Below are positions 35,480 to 49,800 of a stretch of 64,000 bases of DNA, piece after piece. Both the position numbers and the translations under genes were made by a program. Source of the DNA: Nageia nagi (lineage: Eukaryota; Plantae; Pinophyta); assembly GCA_050084985.1 (NCBI GenBank), contig JBITNC010000001.1:80848001-80912000 (forward strand), given 5' to 3'. Each line of letters begins with the position of its first letter. The stretch's first letter is position 1. A model generated the notes under the pieces. It had not been told where the DNA came from. It was given only the letters and a program-made list of their open reading frames with translations, and did not search any database.

Positions 35480-36820
35480 GTTGCAGATATTGATATGGAT
35501 AGCACTCTTTCACTTCTTGTGTCGCTCACTCAACAACTCCCACAATGTTATATGGTTTCGGGGTTTGGGACCCTAGCTTGAGGAGATCAAATTGGACCAC
35601 AGTTGAGAGGATTTTGGTTGGCACTCTATCTTGCTCTATTCGGAGCAAGAGGTCTATTGTGCACCACATTATGCTAGTAGAGTTTGGCTACCAACGTTTA
35701 CAGATATGGTCCCTTGCATTGATGGTTCTTTTTCTTCATCGTCTCCACACCTTTGCTTCTATTGGTAGAGATGATCGACTCCCCTTCAGAGCCTTGATGT
35801 TGTCCATGGACTTGCCAGCTCATGGTTGTCGTTGGTGTTGGTTCTCTGAAGTCTCTGTGGTATTGCAATGCTCGAGTTTTCACTGGACCAATTACCTATA
35901 CCTTAGGGGGCACACACAGCCAAATGATGCGTTAGCTTTGATCAGAGACATGCTTTACAAGGCCTATATTCAGCGCACTTGGGTTTCCCCCAGCCTCCCC
36001 TTACACCCAAATTGTTGCACTACTCTCATCACTTCCCGAGTCTTGACAGAGGGTTGATTTGATCTCCTAATTACATTAGTCTATACCTCCCTCTTGGCTT
36101 GCAGATGTTTCTAGGCAAGTTCAAAGTGTGCTCCCACCAGCTTCAGATCAAGACTGATCACCATGTGGCACATGAGCTTCGAAATTATCGGTTATCCTTG
36201 ATAGAGCCTGAGACTAAGGATCATTTCATCTTTCGATGTTCAGTTTATTATGAGATTTGTGGGTAGTATAACTATCTTTTTCGGGATGCTCGTAGCTTGA
36301 TCTTGAAATTCTTTCAGTTCCCAGACCATCGTTGTTTGACACTCTATCTCAAAGAGACTTTCCTTCTCAGGAAATGTCTATTATCCGACTCCCAACACTC
36401 GACAGGTGATCGCTTGATTACCTCTTTCTTCATAGTTTCCTTAGGAGAAGGAGTTCGTAGGAGGATTGAGGACTCTCCTCGACCTACTTGATGTACTAAA
36501 CAAAGGGTGCATGTTGACCTTAGTTCTATGAGTTCACAACAGATCACAACCTTCTTTAGCTACACCAGTGCTAATGCAAACACAAATCAGGCCAAAGAGT
36601 GCACAGTCAGACAGATCATGAGAGACCTCCCCTCTAACTATGTTTGCTTAATATGTTTTTTTGTTCGATTATTTATTTCCTTTTAGGGATTAGCCCCTAT
36701 ATTGTTCTTAGACTTTTCATAGTTTGCATTGACTGAGGGCTGTTGAGCCCCTTATGCTGCTTTAGACTTGTATACCCTTCAGTCCCATTGATCACCTTTG
36801 GTCATTTGTGGACATTAATA
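35480..36820 (+). mobile_element. 3' fragment of a non-L1 LINE (RTE-X/L2-like) occupying the L1 endonuclease position
   Basis: PTMLYGFGVW (RT thumb), HIMLVEFG...FLHRL, and FKVCSHQLQIKT...ETKDHFIFRCSVYYEI, followed by UTR-like sequence. Confidence 0.7.
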
Positions 36821-39149
36821 TAATTTCTTTCTTTCTTCCTCAATGATAATTTAAATCCCAGTTTTTTTTTTAATACCTCCTTCCTCCTACACAAAGCCTC
36901 TGTTTGTCACATCCACCGTGTTTGGAATTTTGTTCCTTGACCTAAAGGAGGAAATGGATGGATTGAATGGTGGAATGATACCATATTTTGCACTATTTCT
37001 CTTGTGCATAGCATGGGGAAGAAATTTGCTTAGCTTTGACATCGCTCTAACTCAACTCTTTGTGAGGAGCTAACCAGAGCATCTTTGCGTTGGAGTCCAA
37101 CCCCTTTGATGAAAGTATTCAATCCCATATGGCCCAGATTCAACATGAGCTTAAAGTCACAAAAATGTATGAAGCCAAAGGTGAATAGCTCAAAGCTCGA
37201 TTGGACTAGCTTAAGATTGGGGATAGGGTTTTTTAAAGAATTTTTTCAGTGCCTTAGGCCACCCAAACATTCTACTTAGTTTCAAGCCATTCAAGAGAAT
37301 GGGGTTCGACTTACTTCTTTACCTGATATTGCTCATGCTTTCACTTAGCATTACACTCAGGTTTTTTTTTTCTCAAAAGTCTACTCTAGAAAGAGAACAT
37401 GACCCTATGCTTTGTAAAGAGGCAGTTCCTATTTGAAGCATAGAGGCGCATCAAAAGGATTATGATTCTCCCTTAACACTATAAGATTTGGAAAATGCTA
37501 TGTCCCATATAGCATATGCTAAAGCTCCTAGCCTAGATGGTTTTCTGTGTGAATTTTTGTACAGGTCCGAAATGGATTTCAATGCAAAAATAATAATTTC
37601 AAACCCTTGAACCTTGACATCAGGCCTAGGGCATCCACAAGAAGCAATCAAAACCTCAAATATGCAATGTTAGGGTTAGAGCATCCAATACGAACCACAA
37701 CAATTGAATTATGCCAACGTTCAAGCTAGGATTGCACATTAAGCATTCATACACCAATGTCTAGCCAATACAATCATGTAACAATGAATATCATCTCATA
37801 ATGCCAACATCGGGCTCATACATGCATAGAATGGAAAGTATACCACAACGTTGCAATAATGGAACAACAACAACATGATATGAGATTCAATGCACTTGGA
37901 AATATATAGAATAATGAAGAATACAATACCAAGCCCTAAGATGGTTGACATTGGCCTCTCAAGAGCCAACTAGGGCATAACACAATGTCTACTCAATCTC
38001 TGGAACCATGGGATAGTATGCCTCCTCAGAATAAGAATCCTCCTCACTGAAGGGGCCCTCCTCAAATCGTGGAAACCATCGAAGGTAGAAGCAATTCCTT
38101 ATAATACCACCAGATGGGCAAAGGTGCTACACTAGTGTCGTATGCAAACATGATCCCTCAGCTTGAATGCCCTCTACATGTTGCACCTAGGAAAGATTTC
38201 TTAACACCGCTAAGACTTGTTATCCGATGGACTATGGTAGAAGTAATAATAATCAATGTATGTCCAGTAATGAGCCTCCAAGGATTAATATAACCTTCCT
38301 TGGTTCAGATTACACCTTGAAGTCATTTCCCAATCACCTGATGGCCCAACGTTGGCACCTAGGGATCAATCCAGGCTCAATGTGGGTGTTTGGGCCTCCC
38401 CTATGCTCCATATGGACCCAGAAATGCATGCATGGGTCTAGAAGGAATGCGTGGGAACTTAGAGGGGCAATGTGGGTTTCAAGATCCAACGTGGGGGTCT
38501 AGAAGCCTCCCCCATGCTAGCGCAGGTGTCTACATGCTCCTAATCTCAACGTTGGATCATTAAGTGCTCATCCAACCATTAAGTGCTAACTAGGCCTTGG
38601 GATTCCCATAATTAAGTCTCGAGATCTCCAAGTATGGTAAATACACATAATCTAACCTTAGGAGGAGGGAGACATCCCACTTGGGGCTCACAATGGGGTC
38701 CATTGACCCATTAAGTCTCCTATCCTAAGTTACAATAATTAAAGTGCAAATACATAAATAAAGTATATTACAAAGATGAGCCTTTTGGACCCACTAACTA
38801 AAGAAAGGGGATGTCACAAAGCCTCACCTCTCGAATTGCTTTCCCTCAAGCAATAGGAGAAGAATACAACATATTATCTTCCAAGAATCCTTGAGTGTTG
38901 GTAACTTAGACTCATGATGATGGAATGAAACTTCAATATGCTTCACCCAAGATATTGGTACGAAATACATGATTGGAAATCCATGCCCATGTGTCATAGT
39001 AAATTGTAAACACTCTGGTTTGCTATGACTTTCACTTCTCGTCAGCTGCTCTATGAATGTATTCTATGACCATGAAAATGAGTATGCATCCAAGTGGAGG
39101 TGTTCCTGTAAGAACCTTAAGAAAATCATAGTTAGTGGAAAACAAGTTG

Positions 39150-39550
39150 AGCCTAGGCTCCATGCATGAGGCAAGGTCTCCTCAACACTCAATATTGAAT
39201 GTCTAGCTCCCTCAGGCTTCAATGTGAAGCTCTCAAACTCCCAGTAACTTTACATGGCATGTCTACCTTTCCAAGTATCCAACATGGGTAACTCATCCAT
39301 CCTAAAACTCAATGTTGGGAGACCTCCCCAAATTCCCATGGGGTATCCAACCTTCCTAAAACTCAATGTTAAGTAACAATCCCCCTAGGTACTCAACATG
39401 GGAAACCAAGGTTTCTTCAATCTCATCGTCTGCTGACAAATCCCCTTGATGTCCAATGTGGGATGAAGCCCCCTTCCAAGGTTCATGACCCAAATGTAAG
39501 CCCTTCTGGCTTTCTGAGTTGTGACATGGGGTACCAAAGCTCTTCAGTGC
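39150..39550 (-). repeat. Degenerate ~30-bp tandem array in element D; shorter array at 41320-41465
   Basis: Recurrent CTCAA(C/T)(A/G)T(G/T)GG cores about 30 bp apart, in the same position as the array in B. Confidence 0.7.
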
Positions 39551-39560
39551 CCCCTATCTC

Positions 39561-40004
39561 TTATTGAGACTCTCCTTCTCTCAATGTAGCCCCATCATTT
39601 GCCTCCACCTTTTGTTGGCACCACTCTATCACCTCCAACCTCTTATTGTCCACTTGGGGATAATCATCTTGGATCCCTTGCAAGGTGTGAGTTTTCCCAT
39701 CAATTTCGAACCTCATTGTGAGTTTCTGATAGTTGGAGTTAATTTCACCTAAGTCAAAAAGCCACTGCATGCCTAGGATGATGTGAGGGTGTCTTTTTAA
39801 GGGATAAACATAGAAGTCTTCCCTCACCTTACAACTCTGCAATCTCACACCAAACTTCTCAATGATGTGATCCACCAACGTGAGCTTCCCATTGGCGTTT
39901 GAGACCCTGAATCCCTCAAACCTCTTAGTCTTCAGGTTCTTCTTCTTAGTAAAGCCTACATCAATGAAATTATGAGAGGCTATTGGATCAATTAGCACCA
40001 TCAC
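39561..40004 (-). pseudogene. Retroviral-type aspartic protease remnant of element D
   Basis: VLIDPIASHNFID (DSG motif mutated)...IILGMQWL. Confidence 0.85.
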
Positions 40005-43000
40005 ATCCTATCCACCTGCTTGTCCTACAATATTTTGGTAAGATACTTCTTCACCCTATGCATTGAAGCGATCATACTACCTAACATGCCCTCAACTTAG
40101 GGTGACTCCTGATCTAGGGTATCTACCCCAATCTCCAAATCTGAATCCTCTAAAAACACCTCAATATAGTGCACCTACCCCTTTCCTAAACAACGATGCC
40201 ATAGCTCCCAAGTCTTCTTACAATAGAAGCACTTGCCTTCCTCTCTTAATTTTCTCTGAGTAGCTGTGTCCAACTGATTTGTTCTAAGATATGGGATAAT
40301 TTTGGCCTTGATAGGCCCTTCTCTATCTGTAATCAGCTTTAATTTGATAGGCCCCTTGTATGTCTACCCTCCCTTGAGGGATTTCATTGTGGGCTCGAGG
40401 TCATATGCTTCTCGGATAGCATCATCAAGGCTCTTAGGAGAAGAAACCTTCATCATCCCCAATAATGGCTCCATCAGCCCCTCAATGAAGAGAAATGTCA
40501 ACCTCTCTTTAAGAATATGGTGAATCATGATATCAATCCTCTGAAACATTGTCACATAATCACCCACTATCCCCAGCTGTCTTAATGAAGTAAGGTCTGA
40601 AACTAGTCATTTTCCTTCTTCCTATCGAATCGCTTGACCAATCGTATGGAAAACTCATCAAAAGAAGTAATAAGAGAATGCCCTTAGCTGATCACCCCAT
40701 ACTGCCACCACTCCAAAGCATCTCCCTCAAAATGTAATGATGCAAAATGAATCGCATCCTCCTCCACCATGTTAGGGCTTAGGGTAAAATAGGTTTCCAA
40801 CATATTTAGCCATACCCTAGTTGTCATCTTCTTCCTGTCAAACATCTACACCTGCATCTTATTGATCTTGTGTTGTAGGTCCTTGTCATCCCATGAGTTG
40901 CTAGGGTTGTGTGGGCCATGTAGACTACTTCCCTTCAACCCTAAGATATCTAGGTAATCATTGAAGTTCACATCTCTCCTCAACCCTAGATCTAATATGG
41001 AATATTCCTTGAAGATCTGATTCATCTCTAAAGGGCTAAAAACTCTACCTTTCATCACCTTCCTAAATTTTTTTGCAAACATGGGCTTGGATGGTTTTGG
41101 AATAATATACTGCTCCTCTATCCTACCAATGTCCTCCTCCAGGTATCTCCCTAAGAGAGGGTTTGTACCCTGGGTTGCTCAATGTGAGTGGGACCTCAAA
41201 AGTGTGGCCTCTAGATGTCCCATCGATCCATGGTGTGTTGAATTTCAATCCCTCAAACTATGAGATCTCCTCATGCTCAGCTCCCGATCTACCCAATCCT
41301 CCTCATATGGCTCCTCTTTGTCATATTTGGCATGATGTGGGGCCTCTATATCACCCTTGTTATGATGTGGGGTCTCCCTCTCATCCCTAGTGTGTCGGGG
41401 GATCTCCCAATCAACCCTGATATGATGTGGTGCCTCCTAATCATCCCTGGCATGACGTGGGGGGTATGCTTCCTCTTAGGTTCCTATATAACATCCAAAT
41501 GCCTATTTAACTATCGTTGCATGGAAGTCATCACTTCGATCATGATATGGATTGTCAAAATGAGCTCGTCAAACTTCCATTTAGGGGTGGATGCTCGAAT
41601 CGGAGTTGTGCTCCTCCTCCTAGCGATTTTCTATGTTTCTCCATGTGCCTTCCCTTCACCATTGATTGTTTCCATGTTTGGAAACTCATTCATCCATGGT
41701 CGTCTATCCTTCTCATGGATGACCCTTTCAGGTGCTTCTTTAGTGTGTGATCTTTCGCTTTTTCTAATGGATGCCATCTCTCTTCGAGTGTTGGATCTAG
41801 TGTAGTAACAATGAACTATGGATCTCATGCACAAGCTAGCTAGATCCAGGATCTAATACCACTTTAATGATCCAAAATGGATTTCAATGTAAAAATAACA
41901 ATTTCAAACCCTTGAACCCTTATGTTAGGCCTAGGGCAACCACAACAAGCAATCAAACCCTCAAATATGCAACGTTAGGGGTAGAGCATCCAATACGAAT
42001 CACAACAATGGAATTATACCAACGTTCAAACTAGGATTGCACATTAAGCATTCATACACCAATGTTTAACCAATAATTCATGTAACAATGAATATCATCT
42101 TATAATGCCAACGTTTGGCTCATACATGCATAGAATGGAAATTATACCACAATGTTGCAATAATGGAACAACAACAACACGATATGAGATCCAATGCCCT
42201 TGGTAATATATAGAAAAATTAAGAATACAATACCAAGCCCTAGAAGGGCTAACATTCGCCTCTTAGGAGCCAACTAGGGCATAACACAATGCATGCTCAA
42301 TCTTTGGATGAACTCTAGAACCATGGGACAATATGCTTCCTCAGAATAAGAATCCTCCCCATTGAAGGGGCCCTCCTCAGATCTTGGAAACAATCGAAGG
42401 TAGAAACAATACCTTGAAATACCACCAGATGGGAAAAGATGCTACACCAATTTCATAAATAGATAGGATCCCTTAGCTTGAATGCCCTCTACATGTTGTG
42501 CTTAGGAAAGGTTGCTTAGCATCGCTAAGACTTGTTGTCTGATGGATTGTGGTAGAAGTAATAATAATCAATGTATGTCTAGTAATGAGCCTCCAAGGAT
42601 TAATATATCCTTCCTTGGTTCGGATTACACCTCAAATTCATTCCCCAATCACCTCATGGCCCATCGTTGGCACCTAGGGATCAATCCAGGCTCAATGTGG
42701 GTATTTGGGCCTCCCCTATGCTCCACATGGACCTAGAAATGTATGTGTGGCTCTAGGAGGCATGCGTGGGAACTTAGAGGGGCAACATGGGTCTTAAGAT
42801 CCAACATGGGGGTCTAGAAGCCCCCCCCAAGCTGGCACTTATGTCTACATGCTCCCAATCTCAACTTTGGGTCATTAAATGCTCATTTGACCATTAAGTG
42901 CTAACTAGGCCTTGGGATTCCCACAATCAAGTCTTGAGATCTCAAGTATGCTAAATACACCTAATCTAACCTTAGGAGGTAGACATCCCACTTGGGGCTC

Positions 43001-46000
43001 ATAGTGGGGTCCATTGACCCATTAAGTCTCCTATCCTAAGTTACAATAATGAAAATGCAAATACATAAATAAAGTATATTACAAAGATGAGCCTTTTTGA
43101 CCCACTAACTATATAATGGGAATGTCACAATTTTACAAAACTTGTTGTTTATAAAGAAATTGTTCGAAAAGGTTCTCTAGGTCCTATCATTAATAAGTTA
43201 ACATCAAATTTATCCCTAAGCCTGGATACCCTGATATGATTACCAACTTCCCATACTCTTCTCAATGTTAGTTACAAGATCATTGCTAAGGCTTTGGCCT
43301 TAAAGCTATGACCCATCCTTCCCAAAATTATTAGGCCAGAGAAGACTAGCTTCATCCAAAGGAGATACATTCTGGATAATGTTATGACGGTATGGGAAGG
43401 CATGGAATGGGCTAAGCTTTCCAATCAACAGACCCTTTTCATCAAAATTGACTTTGAAAAAGCTTATGACAAAATTGAGTGGGTATTCATTCTTATAATG
43501 TTAGAAGCCATTGGCTTGGGCCTCTCTTTGTCTCTTCTGTTTGTAGGTTGTTTCAAGATGCCTCCATTGTGCTTTCTCTTAACAACTTTCAAACTAAAGC
43601 AATTGGGCTTCATAGATTAGTTAGACAAGGTTTTCCATTAGCCACTTCATTGTATAATTTGGTTGTAGAAGCCTTTCGCTATCTCTTAGCCAAGCAAGCT
43701 TCCAATGGATTAATTTGAGGAATCACTCTACCCAGTAACACTAGACAACTTATTAATGGTCATTTTGCAGATGATTCATTTCTTACCATCAATGAAGATG
43801 AGCGATTGATCACAATTTCCATTCAATACTTGAATACTTTTTTTCAAGTATTTAGATCCAATATTATATGGAGGAAAACATCTTGTTGCAGACAATATGT
43901 TTTGCCTTAACCTAGCTAGCTTGAAAGGTACCATTGGCATTGGATTATGTTGCGAGAAATATTCAAATTTCTTGGCATTCCTTTTTCCTTTCAAGGTTCA
44001 TCTCCTCAACTTTGGCCATATGTCATTTCCAAAGTGGAGAAAAAACTTGAATATTGGGTAACAAAAATACTCTCATTGGTGGGTAAATTTCAAATTTGCT
44101 CCAAAATGCTTCAATCTACCGATGTTTATTATTCATCTTACTTGGTTCCTTCCCAAGCATGTTACAACAAGTTGAAGAAGATTCTCTATGATTTTTTTCG
44201 ATCTTCCACTTCAAATGAAAAGACTTTCATAGAGTAGCTTGGACTACGTGTTGTCTTTCGCAGTCTATTGGAGGCATGAGAATGGTTGATTGTAACAAAT
44301 AAGGTTTAGCCCTTTGTGCTAAGTGGATTCTGAGATATTTAAAAGGAACAGAAGCTTGGAGAGTTCGTATCAGATATTTTATTTCTTTAGGTCTTCCGCT
44401 TAATCATAAAGTTTGGAAAGGAATGGATTTTCCTTCATTAATTCTTGTTCTAGTTTTCATCAAAATTCCTAGTTCTTTCGTAATTAGGAGCATTTGGAAA
44501 GCTTGGCAACAACTTAGCCCATGGATTACTTGGAAAGGTGCTTGAAGCCATAATGGAATTTCCTTCAACACACTCAATGTGTGGTGGTCTTTTGTTATTC
44601 AAGTCAATCAAATGCCATTGGCTAAAACTTGTTGGATTCATGCTCAAAAAATTTTCAGACTATGAGTAGCCAATATTACAGACTTTTACTCATAAAAAAC
44701 AAAATATTAGATCCCTTGGGATCATTTCAAATGCATGTTTCATTTGAATAATGCAAATAAAAGTACTTATGATGTTATGCTTGATAATTTTCCTTTCTCT
44801 ATCTATCATAAAATTGGATCTCGAAGTTAAAAGCCATGGTGGAAGAACTGGGCTTGGCATGGAAATATTCCCTTACTCAATTACAAAGCTTAGAATGGTT
44901 ATAATTGGCTTACACCTACTTTCTCCATAGTTACCACACTCAATGTAAAGTGGGATTTAATATCCACTAACTCTCATTGGAAATCCAAGTTCCATACAAC
45001 TTGGGCTCCTTTTTTGGAACCAAAGAAGCAAATTTTTGTTTGGAGTATTATTTATCAAGGACTTCCCCTTGGTTATCGACTAAAGCATCTAGGCATCCCA
45101 AACCCCAATTGCCCTTTCTGTCAAGAATCATTTTCTTGCCTTCATCTTTTTTGGTCTTGTAGGTGTTCTGTTCTTGCTTGGGAATGGGTGATATCCTTGT
45201 TTGCTCCTTATGTATCTATGTCTATTACATGACATCATGCTTTACTAGGAGATCTAGTCACCCTCTCCCTTCCCTTATGGGAAGTATGGAAGATTTTTCA
45301 TGTCAACCTTCATTTTTATTTGGAAATATAGGAATTCAACATGAAGAGCCCTCAGTATCTTTTTCTCTAGTTGATCAATTAGAAATCTTTTATGATGTTC
45401 AGTTACAGATCTGTGATCAAGCTAAAAAGATCAAGATGGATGTAAAACATTTAATGGAAATGATGGAGTATTTGGGGAATGCACCTTGCACAGTTAGTTG
45501 TGTGCCTCCAGATAATTCCGCTAGTGATCATCCTTGGGGTATGCATGCTCGATATTGATCTCGTCAACGATCATAATCATTAGGATGAAATATGTCTTAT
45601 GATTAGCCAGTACACCACTCTCCTTCGACATGTTACCAATTTAATGGTCCTAGCACCAGTTCATCTAAACCCTTTAATGTGCATGGTGTGAGTTCTTCCC
45701 TCCCTCCTATTCCTCTCTCGTCGAGCCCCAACCAAGGATGGGACATTCAAGACATTAATGAGGAGTATGTGGTGGGTTGGGGTCCCATTCTCAAGAAAAT
45801 TGATGACCATCCTTCGAAGTCTAACACAACATCAGATTACGATGCATATAACACAACTTCTTCCAATGAATAGAGGGACAATGATAGGTGGGATTTACAT
45901 ATCATCCTAAAGAACACCTGGCAACATATGGTGGAGGCAGAGGAACCTATCCATTAGGGTGTTTAGGCATTTCTATTTTCAATGCATGGTTTATTTTGTT

Positions 46001-46430
46001 AAACAATCATTAATGGTTTAGTGGTTAGTTGTGGTGCCTTTTTTTCGTGCTAGCACCTGACATGTGCAATATTATTTTTGTATCCCCTTCCCGTAATTAG
46101 GAAGGGTATGATGAGACAGGGTTGTGTTCTTTGCCACCTACTCCCTTTTGTTGTTAAAGCATTTATTTAATATAAAGTGCCTTTTTCATCCAAAAAAGTT
46201 CTTTCAAAAAATTTCACAATTTGTAACTTATATATATATTCAATTGAAATATTGATGTAGTTATTTTTGGTTCATTATGTAGAAATTAAGATAATAAATC
46301 AATATAACAAATCCAGGAAAAGAAAGAGAATCTCTATTAGCAAAAACATATCAACTTAGTTTGTAGTACAATATCTTAACATATTTTTTCTAAAGATTTT
46401 TTAGTATATACATAAGTAAAAAAATACAAT

Positions 46431-46560
46431 GAGGGGAGTTGGAAAGTGGGTGTTAAAAATTTCAAGTTGAAAAAGGGAGGCCCCATGTTCATATCTCCCC
46501 CCCCCCCCCCCCCCTTCATGTGATGTGGATATGCTAAATCCAGTCAATGGTTTCCAACTC
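46431..46560 (+). mobile_element. SINE fragment with expanded poly-C
   Basis: Matches 34127-34250; C run at ~46497-46514. Confidence 0.6.
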
Positions 46561-46827
46561 GGGTGAAACTATTTAAAGATTTTTAAAAAAAGTATTGCTC
46601 GTAACACATTACATTTATTATTTTCATCAACACATGCTCTAATTAATTAATCTCATCTAACCTATTAAAATATAATTAATGTGCAATTATTAAAAAAAAT
46701 AATAAAAAATATTAAAAAAATTATTATAAAAATCGAAGAGTAAATTCTAATAAATTTCTTTCTAATTATTATTTTTGATGGCCTGACCATATGATGGTAA
46801 TATTGCGACTTATTTGCATCCAACCCA

Positions 46828-46897
46828 AAGGGGAAGCGATTTGAACTCGAGCCTCTCTCATGAGAGTTTTAACATACCCTTTCTCTCCAACTTCCCA
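46828..46897 (-). mobile_element. tRNA-derived SINE head
   Basis: Matches 33497-33568. Confidence 0.6.
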
Positions 46898-49800
46898 TGA
46901 GTTATCGACTCTTTCTAAATTTTAATAATGTATAAGTAAATTTTAAAAGTTTGAGTAATATTTATCTATTTTTTTTTTCAAACTCATAAGTATAGGTTTT
47001 TTTTCCTTCTTGATTGAATGCTTTTCTTATAAGAGAGTTGTTTGAAGAAATTGTGTGTTGTCATTTTTCAATAATATATAAACATTTTATATATATTTGA
47101 TTGCGATTATTGTAGAGACTTAAATTTGTTTTTTAATTATTTAAAATGATTTTATTTAATTTACATAAAATATTAAGTTGAACTTCTTTTGATAATTTAA
47201 ATGTATTTAACATTATCTTATATGCATGTTATTCTGAGTGGGTTCATCTTGGAAAACTCAAAATCAAATTTGTGAATCTTTTATAAAGCATTTTCAAGTA
47301 TTCATTTTAGATATGAAAAGATAATAAATAATCATTATCATGAATTTTCCCAAGAAGAAAGTAATAATGCAAGATCATCTTCCATTATCATGGGAATATC
47401 ATTAGAATCATTCAATCAAAGGAGAAAAGTTTGAGCCAAAACAAGTATTCGATATTCTAGTACTCGAACCTAGAATAGTCAACATGCTGACATTTAGGCC
47501 AAGAATGCAAAGGTTCTAGCACCTTAGGCCCAAAATGCAAACATTCTAGTCTCATGCCTCAACAACCCTTATAGTTGAACCAAGCCATTTCGAAATGTTT
47601 GCATACAAGTTCTAGCACCATCTCTAGTAGAACTATCTTTAAGATTATGACTTTCAGAATTATCAGCAAAAGACATCTTCAAGATCATAATTTCAAGAAT
47701 TATCTAGATTGGTTATATCTAGGCTTCACCCTCTAAAAGCATTAGTTGTTTACATGCAAGCTTTTTATCCTCCATCATTGAGATAAATTCTCTACATCTT
47801 CTCTTCATAAATTTTAAAATCTTAATTGCTACGTCTTTATATTATATTTAGTTATTAATTTATTTTCATTCATTAAATATAATAAATGTACACATTTTAA
47901 TAACTTATTATTGTTTGTGTGTACAAATTGATGAACTTACTCCCTTTAACCCTAGGTTTTGAGTAAATTTTGAAACATCTTAGAAACATTATCCACACTA
48001 AATCTTGTCAAACCCTAGGTTTAACCTTAGGGCATCATGGCTTCATAATACAATAATCTTCATATGATCTAACTAATGGTGTAGAAGAAGAATACCATAT
48101 TTCCCTCCAAAATATTAAACAATACAATTCTCCATCTAACATAGCACATAATGATCAAAATAATCATTAAAATGTTCAATATTTAATCTCACATGTTCAT
48201 GGTGCAAATATGTTTAAAAATAACATAATTAAGGAAATTATTAGATCAAACTAAGGCTTTGATCGAAGTCATGAAAATACAACTAATCCATATTATTCTT
48301 ACAAAAATTAGACTCATATCACAAATATCATATCAAGATCACATCAAATCAATATTTTTAGTTTCTAGAATGACACTCACTGGCTTCAATAAGATAAAAA
48401 AATAATCATGGTAAAAACAAGTTATAGCCAAAATGCCTTTATTATGGGCCAATCGAGATAGAACACCCATGTTTTGGGCCACATGAGCTAGAGAACCATG
48501 TTATGGACCTTATAAGATATAATGCACACATTTTGGCCCTAAATTGACAGAACATAAAAATAGTAGCACTAAAAAATAAAGATATGAATATCAAGTTGCG
48601 AAAACAACCAACTCTAGGAATATTTAAAGATTTAGAAAGGTATACATTCAAACAAATGAAATTATATGGGCACATCATAAAACCAACTACCTTCAACAAA
48701 AGATAATAAGAATCTCATGAAAATAAAGTTATAATATTGGGAAAAAATGAGCAAGGAATTACAAATTTACATGAACAACAACTTTGGTCATTTCAAACAA
48801 CAGGTGTGGGATAGAACCCAAACTACTCAAATGATTTTTTTTGGATCATTAGAGCAAAATAATAATGAATCCATATTGCATGATATATATGGAAACATAA
48901 TTATGATAAAATTATCCTATAACGTATCCTTGTCCATATCCAAATTAATTAGTATTCAACACTTTGTTTTCAACCTTGTACAAAAAATGATGATGTTATC
49001 CCTGAATTTATAAGAGCCAAAATTGAGTTGTCATCCTTCCATCCTAAAAATCATTTTGATTATTATATTTATGCTAACATATTATTTGGTGAAAGTACTA
49101 ATAATGATGATAACTTTAACATAGAAAAATAGGAACACAATATCATGCTTTCAAAGGTCAAGCTATAGCCAATCATCTCACTGATACTCGTTCAAGTGAT
49201 ACTAATCTTGCTAATAAATAATTTATAGATAAACTTCATCTATCCACTTTGATTTCACTTTTTATATTTCATGCACTTCTATTCTAGATTATGTTGCATT
49301 TTATTTTCTTATTACATCTAAAATACTATTTTCTCATAATGCTTGCATGTTGAAATCAAGCATGAGAAAACATCTATGTTTTGGAGGTATTTTTTATGTC
49401 ATATCTTTTAAAAAATATGCAAAATAATTAACTGTATCTTAGAAATATTTACAATTTATGCAATATTAATGTTTGATTATCATGATTTCAAATATCCTAT
49501 GAAACCATAAATTTTGCAATTATCATATTTTTTCTTTCTAAAGTTTTAGATGTAAAATATCATTATTTCATTATCACTTTTGAAGTTGCATTTCTATATT
49601 AATCATATTTAAAATTGCATTTTTGAAATTATCATTTATGTTATTACTATCTTGAAATCTCATATGAAAATTATAATTTCTATAATTATTTCTTTTGAAA
49701 TATCATTCTTTGAAATTATTATGATCTCTAAATTCTCAAAGTATTATTATCAAATTTTATCTATATTTGTTTTACCTACAACCTATTTTATCTATTACAT

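Larger units (their letters stand above)
37558..43129 (-). mobile_element. Element D: non-autonomous Gypsy LTR element related to B, inserted in the L1 RT
   Basis: LTRs 37558-38818 and 41863-43129. TSD ATTTT at 37553-37557 and 43130-43134. PBS-like rc TGGTATTAGATC ~41850-41861; PPT rc 38819-38832. Gag homologous to B at ~40364-41777. Confidence 0.92.
34520..46198 (+). mobile_element. Decayed L1-type LINE (ORF1 + ORF2) carrying two insertions
   Basis: ORF1 has a DUF4283-like region and CFKCQSQSHKIKDY knuckle (34640-35470). ORF2 reads KAPSLDGFLCEF|YK across element D, then LLNVSYKIIAK, IKIDFEKAYDKIEW, VRQG, FADDS and the zinc finger CPFC...HLFWSC. Short A tail at ~46192. 5' limit approximate. 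Confidence 0.88.

Noticed and set aside
38227-42736. Duplicated small gene (ORFs at 38227 and 42512)
   Set aside because: These are the two LTR copies of element D; the same applies to ORFs at 6194 and 9935 in element B.
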